A stretch of 64,000 nt of DNA from Tubiluchus corallicola (GCA_030141605.1 JAQGDQ010000053.1:558001-622000), one strand, 5' to 3'; shown: positions 26,495 through 42,500, counted from the stretch's first letter. The notes: generated from the sequence alone by a model not told the origin. Made by a program: numbers and translations.

Positions 26495-29400
26495 CTTTTA
26501 TATGGCTTCATCCAGTAAAAAGTTTTCAACTTCTGCTCACTACGTTTTGATCTGTTAGTTTCAGTAATTATTTCTAGGTTCATAGTACATTGAAATGTAG
26601 TGGTTATGCCGTTATAGTTATACACTAAGATGTGAGAATTAGAGTAAGAACGTGTGACAAGATCAAAACACTGTGTAATCGTGTTTTCAAAAATAGCGCT
26701 TTTGTTGTTTAAAAAGTGCAATGATTCAATCTTGTATATAGTCACTGAAAAGTTAAAAAAGAACTTGTATATGGTTCATAGTAATTTTCTCCCACCATGT
26801 ATGTCCTTTGGAAATTGAACTGAATGTTGTTAGCTGAATATGTACATATAGCATTGAATATTGTTAATACTAGAAGAGACTGCACTCTCGTCTCTTTAAA
26901 ATTTTAAAAAAATTAAATTTAAGCTTTTAGTTAATTGTATTAATGTTGCATCATAATAGTAAACACTGCCACCTAAAAACCATTGGCTTGTGGTGATCAC
27001 TTTTAGTGCTGAAATCTTACTCCACCAGAATGTGAAGGAGCAGGAAAGGAGTTAGCTATCAGGTAATTGTGAATATTATAAAATTTAATAGTGTTTAGAA
27101 AGTGAGACAAAAATTTTTTGAATTTTTTTAATGAAATATGGCACTGATAACTCATGATATTTTTAAAAGCCGAGGCATTAAAGCTTTTCATACCACACAT
27201 TGCTTTTTTGTGATTAAAAAAATTTACCTGTGGCCTTCCTCCAGTAAAAGACATAGTGCTTCAGAAAAGCTTTATTTCATTCTTATATAGAAACTGACAG
27301 CATTTTAAGAGCCACATGATACAGTTAAATTTCCGCAATTGTTCCTAGTATAAAAGTTGTCACTCAACGTAGGTAAAATGACCCATTTTGTATAGTAATT
27401 AAGAAATGCCATTTAAGGTCCCTTGCTTTTCAGTGTTGTGCTCCTTTTCCTTGTTTCTCGGGACACTGACTTTGTTAAATTTTTCGTTTTACATGTTCAC
27501 TGCAAAATGAAATTTATTTAACCTTGTTTTTAATCTACAATTTTAACAGCTTTAAAGGCTTTAATAACAGAGATTCGTAACCAGCATTTGGTGATCATTA
27601 AAGTTGCTCTCGGTAAGTATGTTGTGCTAACTAGAAGTGACTCTCAACAGCCTCAGTAATCTTTGAATAAATCTTGACAAATCTCTATTGCATTTCCTTG
27701 AGTCACTGATTGAGTTCAGTATGGATTCTTACTGACACAAGCCCATTAATTCCTTGGCATTCCTTATCTTAGTAACCATGCATTAATGAGGGTGACATAA
27801 CATTGCTATCTTGTTTTTGACATCTAATAGAATATGAAATGTAACTAACAAGGTAATGTAAATATATTAAAGTTAAAAAGAAGTTTCTGTAATAGTGATA
27901 TTAGATGAATTTATGTATTCGTTTTGCTGCCAGTATTTGGCCCAGGCTTGTAGGAATTAATTTATTTAACCTCTTTTTTCCACTGTGTTGGATTTAAGTG
28001 TGATTGACACTGTATATAGGTAATTAATTATGCAGCATGCAATGATCTAAAGATAACAGTATTTGTAAAGTTTATTTGTTCTAACATTGCATTGTAATGC
28101 AACAGTGGTAGAAACTGTACATAATGAGTGCGTAGCTATTACTGACTGTAGAACAGTATGTCCTTAGAACTTCGCTACCATACTACTGCTTTGAAAGAGA
28201 ATTATAATAAATAGAGCTACAATTAGATCCTTTTAATATCATCCTGAAGGTTATTCATTATTCAGTAATCTATTGAACAGGTTTTGCATATAAATTTGCT
28301 ATCACAAAATTTGCATTTTTGATGCTATCGCTCTGTTCTATTATAGACTGTGAAAACTTTTGTGTGATGGATGATGTGGCTGCTTATAATTTCAGTCACT
28401 TACATATAAGGCAACAAAATTTGTAATCTCTTTTCAATACATACTAAAATATGATCGATTTGCTAAATGTGTAAAATATTGCCCCGCTTAATGGCTTACA
28501 TAATTTTGCAGAACCTGTAATCTTGTCAGTATACTCAATTACTCATTATGTATGTACAATAAATTGATTCAGTAAAATGCATGCTGTGTGAACAGCAGGT
28601 TCCTGCCTCTTGTGGCTCGAGGGTTTTTACTTGACATCACTATGCACTACAGCCATTACTATTAATACAATTATTAATGGATTTGAGTGCTTGTGGTTGC
28701 TACTTCCAGCTGATTCGCCCTGCAGGACCTGACAAGTGAAGTGTCCTAGAGAAACACATTTTACTAATGCACAGGTCTGGAGTAAATCAATGTACGACAT
28801 GCGGCACATTTGTTTTGCATCACAGAAAAGACATTTCTTCAATGAACTTTTAAATCCACGTAAATTCAATTACATTTTCAAGAATGAATGAAGAGTTTGC
28901 AAGATGCCATTCTTATTTAAAAAATCTTTATTTACAATGTGTTTGATTATTAACAATGACAATAATTATATCAGTACACACGTATTAGCTAAAATTTGTT
29001 GTTTACAAGTATTCCACATGCCACGTGTGGATTTATTTACAGAATACATAAAATGGCTTATGAGTATGTACCTATCTATTATTAGTAATTGATAATACGT
29101 ATATTGCACAATTCTGTTTATTCTTAAGGTTATATCAGTATGAAATTTCATCAGTTGTTACCTTAACATTTTGAATACATGACCAGACAATTTAAAAGAC
29201 ACATTGCAATAGAATTAATCAAAACAAAACAAAAGTCGAACCTAATCATGCTTTGGAAAAAGAGTGCTCACTAATTGTTATTACTAAAACTGATTACTAG
29301 AGAATACTAAGAAAATGTATGCGCCAAAGCATTGTTACAAATAATCACATACTTGTAGAAAAGAAATAGAAAAATTCTGGTTCAGCTTGTTAACATATTG

Positions 29401-30055
29401 AGTGATTCGTTGGTTTAAATAACCATAAAACAGCTTCTTGAATTAAATGTGGAAGCATATTTCATCGTAAATTCAGAAAAAATGGATCTAACAAACACTT
29501 TAAGTAGTGTATTCAATTGTGTAAAATGAACATCGAGTCTATGTTGAGCCACCATTGTCACTACCATTTAGTTTTTTACTGTCGATTAATACTATCCAAA
29601 ATTATGTAAGACAATAATCACTTCCTCAGAATAATAATTTAGAACACAGCTTACTACAATATTCTTACGAATTTACTGTATATAACAGCATATTGAACTG
29701 ATAAATTTTGAAAAAATTGAAAATAAAAATGTAAATTTAGTTAAGAAAGCAGCAAAATGAACGCTTTTACTTAATGAAAAGTGACTGCCCCAAATCCATT
29801 CTTAAATGAACTGTAGCAAGAATAAACACTTTACAATAATAATAATGATTATTACTTGAGAATTTGTAATAGGAGCTATGTTAAAAATCCCCGGTAATTT
29901 GAATCTATTTCAAATGTCAAAGCTCTAGATAGGTATATTCACATTTCTTTCAGACAGAAAACCAAAATGTTACTTCCTCTTCTGGTAATTTTGAAAACGT
30001 CATAAGCAAAGTAAATAATAAAAAGTAAATTCGTTGTAATGATTCTAACGCTTAA

Positions 30056-30587
30056 CTATGTTATGCTTGCTGGCCTAAGAGCATTTGTATCTGCAACACA
30101 GTTACTTTCATCAGTGCTGATCTGAGACTCGTTTATGATGTCATTGCAATGCGCTTCGTGTGCAACTTCCGCATCAGAATCACATAAACAGCTGTCGTCA
30201 AATACTTCTCCACGAGTCTCCTGTATCAACTCGTTATTAATTATAGGTGAGCTTTTAACTGATTTACTGTCTGTAGTAAGCAATAATTCATCAACACTTC
30301 TACCGGAATGTTTACTTAAATCATTTTCACTTCTGTCACTGCATCTGTCACGACGTTGATCACTACTGTCTGAGAAATTTGAAAGAAATGTGGTATTAAG
30401 TGATTCATTCGACTTGTGCCGATAATCAGCCACCTTCTTGAAAAGTTCTTCTGGATTCAAATGCTCCACTTTGTGATTTATTGCACGGTCAGTAGTTTGA
30501 TTTGGTTGAGTTGCATGACCAAAGCTGAACTGTTTTAGATATGGCTCAGTAGCATAAACAATGTTCAAGTGTTCTGCGGTATCTTTG
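30056..30587 (-). CDS. UVRAG: UVRAG last coding exon (S/D-rich tail)
   Basis: tatAG acceptor, phase 2, KDTAEHLNIVYATEPYLK...RPASIT-stop. Confidence 0.85.
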
Positions 30588-33500
30588 CTATAAAAATAAT
30601 TTAACTTAATAGCATTTACAATGATACAGTAAATTTAACAAATTTAATTAAAGCCCAAGTAAACCATTTACGTTTATGCGATAAGTTTAGATAACATCCC
30701 CTAGAGTTTGAAAAAATAAACACAGCATTCGTAGCACACGCTTTGCTAACTAAATAAAAGTATAAATTATTGTATCTTGTCAATAAGAATAAAAGTGCAC
30801 TTTTTGATGAGTCAGTGGTGCACCCTAGGATGGTGAGTCAGTGACATTTTGCCAGTTGGTGCTAACATTTTAAATTACCAAGAATTTTCTTTTCTAGTTA
30901 CGTAAATCTTTCAAGCAGATAAGTGTAATGCTACGTAATGTAACTTTGTGTGGGACATTTTGGGGCATACTTTAAAATGGCGTTTTCTTCCTCTTTAAGA
31001 AAAAGATCTTAAACAGCTTCAACCGAAGACACATTCAGTTACTTCAAACAGAAGAATTTCAACATGCATACAAAGACTGAACAAGAAATAGAATGTCAAT
31101 GCTTTCTGGTGCACTAGTGTCTAGGGCACATACAGAAACATGCAGAATATTCAGGACTAGTGTACTTACAAAGTCACTCCAAATCTGAGTTCTAACAAGC
31201 TTTTTAGATTATATAATGTCATACGAAGGTCCTGTGTTGGCAAGCCAAGGTAGAATCGCAGCTAAAAGAAAATTTTTTATTTTTCACTTTTCATTTTTTA
31301 CAAGCAGTTTGACACACTGGGAGTTATGATCTAGCACTCAGATAATACTGATCATTGTGGCTGGTCTGGAACCCAGCTCATTAGCAAAGATAATCCTCTG
31401 AAACCATCTTTATCATTCAGCTATTTCGCAAACCCTACTGTTAAAGTAACTGCTTTGGCTTAAGAATTTAATTATTACATACTCATGTAAATGTGCTGCA
31501 AGATCTGTTATTAAGAACAAAATGATTTTCGGGTTAACTTTTGACGAATCCTAATTTTCATTTACTGCTTCTTTTTTTAATAATTCTTTAAAATGAAAAA
31601 GTCGTTGTACAGTACCGAAAAAAAAACAAAATCAGTAAATACACTGAAAACTCAGTAAATTATAGATTAATAAGACTTGGTAATATTGACCAAATCAAAG
31701 ATAATTATATTTGGAGATTTCTGAAATTACCTGAGCTATATTTTTGTTCAGCAGGTAAACTCCATAATTGAAAAGCACTTTCTCTTGACCCTTGCTATAT
31801 AATGGAAAGCTGCAAAATAAGGAAATGTTTTCGAAGACATGAATGGCAATTAGACCAGAACTAGCCTTTTTAACGAGTGGTTTTAGTTGGTGTTGTATGT
31901 TAAAAAGTGAATGACTTCTTAAGTGAATGAGTGAGTGAAAGTTAAATTTGCCAAAGGACATGTTACTGCTTTGATTACTCACCACTTAAGCAGTTTCACA
32001 ATGGAGGGAAACCAAAACTGTGAAGGTACTTTCAAGATAGGTTTCACAGTTGAAACCATCTTTACTTTTTAGAAAAATTGGTCAAACAGTTTTCACTTCA
32101 AACTATGAATCTGGTTTTGGTTTCAGCATAACTAATTATGATTACAGCTTGGACAATATGCTTCAACACCTGTATTTTTACTTCTTGTTTTCTATGCAAA
32201 CTGCACTAGTGAGTAACGTCTGAAATTGTACTACACGTAACTACACTTCTACAGTCGAATTTGTGTGTTTCTTATCGAATAATCATCCTCTCAAATATGT
32301 TACTTACTCTCGGTCTTTATCAGAAAGCTTTGGTGTAATATGGTCCTTGATTTTTGTTCGGGATCCTCTGTAGATGATAGAATATCGGAGTGGTAAGTGA
32401 AGAAACTGGGACATCATAAGCAATACATGAGCAACATATCCTAAACCTGATTCTAACATGATCTCATCTTCCCCTGTAAAGTCAATTTACAAAAAATGTA
32501 ATTAACCTCATTCAATAGATTAATCACATTTGTTATTGTTAAGCTTTACGAAAAATGGTATTTCACGAAAACTGTAAACTTTAAATTATTCACGGTTTTG
32601 TATTACTCACGTTAAAAACTACAAACGTCAATGTCTGAGTACAAGATCACTAATGTAAAAAACAAACCAGCAGGTTCACTCGTTAGCAACTGCTATGACA
32701 CTCAATTGTAGTTTTTTTCAAAAATATTGAGATGCATTCATAATCTAAAAACTGTCACTTGTCACAACAAAGCAAATCCCAATCAGCAATTTACAGTGAC
32801 TAACTGAAAAGTTACCGGCAAAATCTTCAGAATTTGGCAGACGGACACCACATATCGTATAAACTTGAGTCTGCTGAACCTAAAAAGTAACAAACAATTC
32901 ACAACATTGTAATATTCACTAAATTGCAACATGTACAAAACAATGACCAATCAGTCTGACCACATCATGCCTGTCTTGTGTCATCTGCACTGGTTGCCTA
33001 TTAAATACCGCATTATTTTTAACTGTCGTGTTCCGAGCATTAGATTGTTCTGCAGGACATTTGAGACCTTTCCTCTTTATGTCATTAATTTTATGGGCTA
33101 TGATCTAACCAATCTTAATAGGCAAGGATCTTTATTGCACCAACCTGTGTATGAACTTAGCATGGTTCAAAACTGATCTTTAGACCTAGTGGTCACATCT
33201 TTGGAATGCCCTCCCAGATAAAATCAGAACTTGCAAAAATTATGAAAAGTTTAGACATCTTTTAAAGATGCACTTACTCATGCAAGCAAACAACTGAATA
33301 CAGTTCTGAAGTCTATAACCAAATTGAAATTTATTATTTTATTGTGACTGAAATACGTAGAAGTTTACTGTGATTCTCGCATTTCATAATACAATCTACA
33401 TAGGGTGAACTGTGTCTTCCTGACATCTTGATTAACTATTTTATAACAGAATAAATTTTTTCTACATTCTTATTTTAATTTTACTGAATTTTTCTGGTGA

Positions 33501-36500
33501 AATTTTGTCTTTTTAGCTGTGGCAAATCATCATTTTGCATTAGCTTTATGTATTTTCTTCTGCACAATGGTCAAGCACATATTTATATAGATTTTATGTT
33601 ATACAAAAACAAATAAACTTAAACTTAAACATTCTAAATTTGAGTTTTTGAAGCTTAGTTATAAACAAAATGTCTACGGCACAACAGTATAAGTTCACCA
33701 GATGATAAATTCTAAATTTAAACTGAAAATTCATCGAACTTAGAAGATGATCTTCATCCTCAATTAAGTTACGCAGTTACAAAGACCAAAGGTACAAGTT
33801 GATAATTACCATTACTACCACTGTAACACCGATGTTATTTACCTGAATAATCGGATATATTTCAGCTAATTCATATATTAAATGCCGTCGTCGCATCATT
33901 AATTGAGCTGTGGTTTTTATGTACAGTTCCCTGTAAAACGCACAGATAAAGGTTTAGAACATACAGTTCAAGCCTCTGCAAGCAGGTAAGACCTGTTTAA
34001 TGCAGTTAGTGGCTGGACCAGCATGTGACATTATCTAGGCCAATCCACTATGACAAAACACAAAAATAACAAAGGTGCCTCAGCTACATTCAGTTGTGAA
34101 TATACCCTCTTTCAGCAAGGTAAACAGCTAGAATCATCACTGTGAGTGATGTCGCCCAGAACAACCATTTAACCGTATGGACACCTGTCCATTTGCTCAG
34201 CAGCTTCATTTCAGTGCACGCTGTGATTACTTGGCTATCCCCTTGCCACCAAATAAACAAAAACAAACCATCTTGTCAACTGTGTTACCCTTGCCACCAA
34301 ATAAACAAAATAAACAAAAACCAACTATCTTGACAACCGTGTTTTCACTGCAATATCAGTGAGAATCATTTTTAAAAAAAGAAAAGCAAGTACTAAACTT
34401 AAGCGCTAGCAAGACTATATCAGAAACTGTGTTACGAAATGAAAAGCAACGTTTATTTTCTCAACGTACAGTACAAAGTCATAACTGTAGGTTATAGTAT
34501 GTCTATAGTATGTATTGAACTAAAACCACATGCATAAGAGCTGTTCCTGGAAGACAATCCTATGAAAATACTCATCATGTGTGAGGGTGCACGTTCCTTT
34601 TAAACACTAACCAAATTTACAGTTCTTGTAGTAACAATTTAAAACTTTCGGAAGTTTTCCTTTAACAACAAATCACTTCGAGTCATATTCAGACTTTAGC
34701 AGTTTACACAATAATAACTGTCTAAGGCACACTGCAAGGTTGTGTTATTGCTATAAACTTACCTAACATCAATGAAACTTTTCCTTGCCTCACCTAAAGT
34801 TGACTCGTTGTTGATTAAACTCTCAAATCTTTCAGTTGAAAATGATTCTGCAATAAAAAAGGAGTCAAAATAAATGCATAATATCTGAGTAAACTGGAAA
34901 ACTATAGTGTCAGTAATAACTCCTCAGAAAAATGCCATATATTCTTAAAGTGTAATTCTGATATAAAAAGTGTTTTTTTAATTTCATAAAAGTTCGCTTT
35001 CACAAAAACATGACCATTCAAACTGCCAGGATATTTTCCATACTGCATTTTGCTATTTTGATGTGGATTTAATTCATAACTGAGAAAATACATGTGATAG
35101 GCTCATGTTTGTTCATTTAATTATGCAATTCGGTCCACATAGAATTTAATAACTCCACTTTGGCTTAGCCAAAATACAAATATAACTAATTCTAAGGTTG
35201 CTTTCACAGCTTTCTGGCTTAGGCTATGATGTCTTATTTTGTGTGAATTTTAAGTTTTGGTATTTGTGTTTTATGTCGAATGAGACAACAACAAATACCT
35301 AAATTTCAGGAAGTGTAAAATGTGTGCTTACAAACACATAAAGATACTTCTCGTTGCTTAGTGGAACTTGATGCCTGATAAAATAACATACAAACTTTGA
35401 TGCCACGAACAGAGCACGAATAAGTACACCATTGCCCATATATGGAAAAAATTAATTGCTTGGAATTCTGCACAGCTTTTGGAAAAAAGAGTGCAATATT
35501 AAGAAAAGTCCTATTGGTAGGATTTCACCATGCATCTTCTCAGTACTTAGTTTCACCTTCTATTCAAACAACAACACTACACAGAAAAATCAATATTTGG
35601 CTCACTTCGATCTTTCAAATCTTGCTGAATCCTCGCCAGGTGTTCCCTCTCCTGCTGTAGCAGTTTACCATTTCTACTGGCTTCACAAGAAAGAAGATGA
35701 ACTCTCATACATAACTTTTCTCGTTCACTGGCCTATACACAATTTTAGGAGGTTGAAAAACCAGCTTTATAACTAACATCCATATATATAATCTGTGCAG
35801 CATGCAAATTTTACACTGCTTAAAATAATGTATTTCAATTCAGGAAGTTTCAAATTGTGTAATGTGATGCAACATGCTGATTTACTAAAGGAAGATGATC
35901 TGTCAATCTGGTTTTTATTGGTAATGACAAAATACAAATACTCAAATAAGAAGACATTGTAAAAGAATAACAGATCATTATTTTCTTGTAGCGTATTAAC
36001 ATCAAAACCAAAAGTTAGAGGTTGAAGCTCTATTTAACTGAATCAGTCCCAATGTGTCTTTCAGTGCTATAATAAAACAAATAAATGCAAATAATAATAA
36101 TAAAGCAAAGATTTCTATGGTTATACAGACCCTTTCTTCTCGTTCAGCACACGAAGCTAAGTGGACTTTTATGTCACCCACAACTTTGGTAGATGAACTA
36201 TTCATCTGCTTTATTGCACGTTCAACAGTTTGAATTCTGCATGAAAAAGTTTTGATTATCAAATATGACATCCTCCAGCACAGCAAGCCAACACAAATTT
36301 CTTACTGCAAAATATCATGTAAAAATGAGGGGAAAATTTGTTGAAAAAGAGTTGCTTTATATTTGTAAGTATGCACTATTAATGCTCGTCTTATATATGA
36401 ACTTACTACATGTACAGGGGACAATGATAAGTCATGTTACTGGGAATATGAAATATTAACCAAAACAGTAAAAGTAGTACAATACTGGTATTTTTTACAC

Positions 36501-39500
36501 TATATGAGCAGAATGATCTATTATACATAGGCAACAAAAAGCCAATTATATCAAAATAAAAAAAACCTTTTCCAGATAAAAAGGACAATTTAAATAACAA
36601 GAATGTATGAAACTGAGCATAAATTACAACTAACCGCATCAATGTTGGCAAGGTGTAAGAACTGCTTTCACTGGCAGGATCTGTTACAAGACTATTTAAT
36701 TCTGTATCCTTTTCTTTGGTAGAGCTCTGCAAAGATCAAGATGTAAATAACCAAAAAAAAACACCATAGGATTTTAAATACATGCCGGTAAATGAGCCAA
36801 GTTTATATATCTGGACTTCAGTATAGTTTCACAGCTGTAATGTGATTTAGTTAGTGAGTCAACACAATCAGTGCAACTGCAAGAAACTAATTCAAAAACT
36901 AAAAAGAGCTAGGCAGTGGAACTCTGACAACCTACAGAACCAGACAGGAGCACGATGCAGATTTTAGTATGTAGTTATAGATGGTAAATGAGTAGCTCAA
37001 GGTCAGGGATCATTTACATCTCAAAAACTGCAGGGAACCTGGGCAACAAAATTTGGATAACTTGTGATTGTTGAACACACATAATTGGTTCTATAAAACC
37101 ACTTAAAATGCGCAAGGGTTTGATAAACAAAATACTGGATTTGAATGTTGAATCTTGCTTAGTCCTGTAAAATTTGAAAAACAATTTAAGAAACAGCTCG
37201 AAAAGTACCAGTCAGATTAAAAATGTAATAACAGGTCTTCTGTGGTTCCAGAATATAATATTAATAATACAATATACTAATATAATATACTATAATATTA
37301 TACTAATATAATATTATCAAGTTAATTTCTAAAACATTCATATTAGTATCCTGGTATGTCAAGTATGCACATATGAAGTGCTTTTGTTAACATTGCATTC
37401 GCAAAACTGTATACATTTCAAAAGCAAAAAAGTTAAAATAAAACAAAACCAGATACATACCAATGCATGGTCTGAAGAGCTGTAAAACCCATGCACCATG
37501 CCAATTATTACCGTATTCTCTTTATATGTACTGCCATCTTTATGTAGCTAAAATATTCCAAACTAGTTATCAAAGACTTGTTATACTTATTGGACTTTTT
37601 AGGCGATATTCAGTTCTACATTTTTATCCGATGCCCAGAGTTTTAGGTATTTTCCTTAGACGGAAAAATGACAAGTAATTTCTGACTAAAGATTAAGACA
37701 GAAACACCCTACCTGAAATTTATATTAAAATAATATATACAATAGGCACCGCTTAATAGACTCACTTTGGGACCGACGTATTTTGACCCATTTACCCGAC
37801 TGAACCTATTAACCGATTGGTGTAGTATAGGTGTAGAAGTATGAGTCTTCAGCTTACTATGCGCTGCAAAGCATTTTTAATGAATTTTAGAAATGAAGTA
37901 ATGCCTAAATTCCTTTGTGCAGTTAAAAATTAGAAAAAATATTTTAAAATATTAATTAGTATAAATGAAGCAGCAATAAACTAAAATGTAAACTTTTCTA
38001 AGTCTGTTTATTTGCAAAAATTACAAAAATCTTTCAAAATCGGCTGCTTCACTTTTTCGCGAAGAAGTTGCCCCGCAAAGTTCTAATAATTATAAAAACA
38101 TTCAAATTTTGTTGTTGTGTGTGACTAAAACTTCTGAATCGTCTGCTCACTTACATTGCCCTTATTTGCTGTACAAAGTTTACTCTTGTAAGTCAAGGAA
38201 TACCGGCTGATTACTGTACCTGTTGACTCATTAAGCCTGAAAGAGTGATTTGCAACGAGAGCATCAAAAGGAAACTGCTAGGTAAGTGAATTAAATGTTT
38301 AGCTTCCAGAAATTCTTTGGGTAACAGTGGGCAAGCGGGTAACAGATTCAAAGCAAAACCACTATGCTAGCGTATTAGCGCATGATAAACGTACCTGCTT
38401 ACAAACAAAACGGTACTCAACATGATTGTTTCTGCATACATAGTGCACAAAAGGGAAGTAAAGATATAAAAGTAGGAAAAGCACTTTTAGCACGTACAAA
38501 TATCTTATCATGAGTCTATTAAGTAGTGCCTACTGTATAACAAGTCCAGACGTGGCTCGGGAAAGCCGTTATAGTCAGTATGCTGCCAGTTTTACAATGA
38601 TGCAGATATATCAAGTTATTAATTATTACACTGTTTACATACCTTACTTCCTACATATGTTAAAGCACTAAGAGTAACAGTCCATTCGGTGACAATGGAA
38701 AAATTAGCATCTACTCCACCCCACACCTTCACAGTCACAGCTACACAATTAATAATTAAGGAAAGATATTCAAATTAGAAGTTTCTACCTGCTACAATTT
38801 TTTGTTTAAATTTTGACCTAAGTACTAATGTGCCCTTACATGCCAAGTTATTAATAATTTCTAGTGTAACATCTCTGAAAAGAAAACTTATGTTTTCAAG
38901 AAACTAGTGCATTTTGTCAGCAATATAAAAAGCATAACAAAAATACAGTTCGAAATTAACCCTTCATTCATATAAAATTAACAATATATTTGACTGCGTA
39001 AGTTGACCATGACCACATACCATAATAAAACATTCAATATGAAGAATCTTCTTGAATATGACCCACTATATCACAGGCAGAAATGTTAGCAATACAACTT
39101 TTAAAACATAAATATTAAAAAAACCAAAAACATATTCTTTTTAGAAAATGATAACTGTATGTGTGTGATGACGATGAACATCAACAGAAATGGCCTACCA
39201 TTAAATTCTACTTCTCTGAACATGTATTCATATAATCCCTTTTAGTATAGCCCCATACCAAGGGTAGCTGTTTGGGGCAATTTGCATAAAAAATCGAATA
39301 AACTCTAAAAATTCTAAAAACTAATAACGTATTGCGAGAATTACACAACACGTCATTCTACAGATGTATTGTGCATGGCAGCTCAGCACGGTAGTTGAAG
39401 GCTTACTTCTCAAGTAAATAGTGGTTAATTTTTAAACTACTAAAATCAAGCAAGCAGCCTTCTTTTTATTGACGCTGCCTCAGAGAAACGTAAAAATAAA

Positions 39501-42500
39501 TTTATAAAACAGATACAAGTAGAAGCGGCATCAACTGTAGCAACAAAATTTGAAAAATCAAAACTTCGCCAACTTGGGTTCTGAAAAATTCCAATTATCG
39601 CTATAACAAAGTGCATTTTTATATAGTATGAAACAGTTATATCAACTATATTAGCCACATCATATCTGTCGAATCTTAGCATCTTAGTATACCTATGTTT
39701 ACAAATGTGTTTAATAAAAGTCCTAAAAGTTAGAAAATTATAAACTGTACTTCTCAGAAAAAATACATTTGCTTATATGTTTATCAAGAGCATGTTTTAC
39801 CATGGCCTATGATTATTTAAAGGAGATTAAGTACACAAAGCACTCGCTTAAACTGTTATTGGGTTCTATCAAAACATTAGAAATAGTGCCAAGTCCTGGA
39901 CATCTTCCGAAATATAAAACTAATAGGGCACTATATGATAGCACTAAAAGGTAGCAGGTTTTTAATTTCAGAGTTCAAGAATGTTAAAAAACAAAATTAT
40001 TTTTGTTGCTTTGACTTAAACAAAATCCGACAGACAAATTTCCGTTAATACTTTTAACTGTGAATGAGTTTTTTGAGGGATAATTTTCTAGTAATAACCA
40101 ATAATCTAGTTGCAGAGATAGAACCAGCAAGTTAACCCAAGAAATGATAATAATCTACCACACTAGCAATGACTGAACAATGGCTAAATGAATTCTGTTT
40201 ATGTAGCTAATTGACACATGGGAGTTAAAAGAGTGGAAAAGCCTAAATTTTGTTGTTTCGCATTCAAACAAATTTGTTGCCGATGCAAATTTAATTGACT
40301 AATAGTTAGCAAATTTATTACCTGTAAGCCTGCAAGTGAAGAATTTCGTAGACAAATTAAAATAGCTGCTATTCTTTATTTGCACTCCACATAAGTAAAT
40401 AATTAGCAAAGAAGAATACAGAATAACAAGATTTAGTAGTGACAAATAACGGAAAGGTAAACAATAATTAATGTACTAAAATATTTGAATGTCTGGCACA
40501 TATCAAACAGATCCATCAAGCCAATTATAAACAAATGTCAAAATTATCTTAAAAATTACAATTTAAACACGTACCCGTGTTTCTTGTACTTTTTCACTAA
40601 CATAGAAAGCTGAAACGAAACAATTTCAGATATATTTCACAATATAATTGACACCATTCTAGGCAAAAAAGACGGTAAGGTTATACAGGATGAGGCAATA
40701 AAACCACCAGCATTTTACATGGCCATTGGCATGGTACTAGCTAGGCAGATGGTAACAACATTGTTAATGTTTCGTTACGTTTTTGTTACTTTTTATGTAG
40801 AGCCGTATAAATTAAGCAGCCCTAAGTGACCAAAAGACAGAAGTACAAGGCATTGTGCATAGAGTTAATATACAGAAACATTGCCAAACAATACACATTT
40901 TCCCAGTTGCTCATCAAAACAATCACAAAGCTAATTAATAAATTATCCCTAAACATTCTCTTTACATTAGCAAGCAGGCATATTATGGCATTTACTAACC
41001 ATGCATGTTTGCATCATTTGGTCCACACCGTGCATTTGCTGTCAAAACATTTATCAAGATTCTAGAATAGTGAATCTATGACTGCAACACAGGGAGCTTT
41101 TCGCAATCACTTGAGGTTAAAATGATATGACACTGTTCGAGACAGAATAAAACATACTATTAACGACTGAAAATTTCTGGGCCATAAGTTTGGCATTATA
41201 AAACATCAAGAGGAAGACTTCGGAGGATTCGAATTCCAGAAAATGTACAAGCTGCGAGAAAATCTCTTTTGCAGTCACCCAGGCATTCAACCCATAGAAA
41301 TATATTTGCTTTGGGATTGTCTGATTTAACTCTCAGGAGAATTTTTTACGCTGATCTAAAGTTCATACAAAATGATAGTAGTTCAGGAACTTCAAACATG
41401 AAAGTGAATAAAACTGCATGGCATGCTGTGAAGATATCCTTCAGATGGTCCTACTAATGCTGTTTCCTTACATGTGCCATTTCCATATGTCTTACTGCAT
41501 CTATAAACTTTTCACTGCTGGGAGGCAAAAAACTTAAAACAACTGACCTCTACACAGCGAACGAGTTACTGCATGGTGAGCTGTTGCAAATTTTGGTGTT
41601 TCTGGCCCTTACTTTTTTGACCATCAGAAAGGCCAAACAATGTCAGTAAATGGTGATGGTATGTGCAGATGTTAAAAAACTTTCTGGAACCAAAACTCAT
41701 AAACATTAAAACCTTGGCAATTATGATGTAACCACCAGGTGGAGCCACAGTATACTCAATGAGAAGATCAAGGGAGGTTTGGGGGAATTGTTTTCAGGGT
41801 GTTTCACTTCCTTATACCATGCGGTGACTTTGGATGGCGTGCATGTTCACCTGATCTTTCTTCAGAAAGATCTCTCCCACTGAAACATTGGGTAATTGAT
41901 TTGTCAGGTAAAGGGGAACTTCAGAAATTGGCTATAACAGCATATTGAGAATAGAAGCTACCGGAACACATGAAGCTATAGGAACACAATAGAAGCTACT
42001 GGAACACATGATTTTCAGAATATAAAATAAAAATGAGCTATATATTTTTACTAAAAATGATATTAAAATGTTTCTTTATACATTGGCTATCACTTTTACG
42101 CAGATCAGCTTGTGATATTTATGGATGATATACTTGTGGCCTTTTTGTCAGCCTTTAAAATATGGGTGGTTATATTGCCACATGCTGCATGAAGTCCTTA
42201 GCATGTCACAAAAAATGAAAAAAATTAAAAATATTGAAGCATCTTATTGCACAGGCATAAATGTGTGTAATCAATTTGAAAATTATTTCTAGTTGAAAAT
42301 GAATTTGAAAAAATATACAATTATCGAATTTAACATAAATGTGCTATAAACCATATATGGTCTACCTGGAGCATTCGCGTGAGCATGCAAAGTAAAATAT
42401 ATCTGCAATGAATTTGGGTCCTTTTCATCTAAGATATCTCTCAAAGACAAGTTCCTGGCTGATACCATCTTAATATGGCGAATCCGTTTCTACAAAGAAA

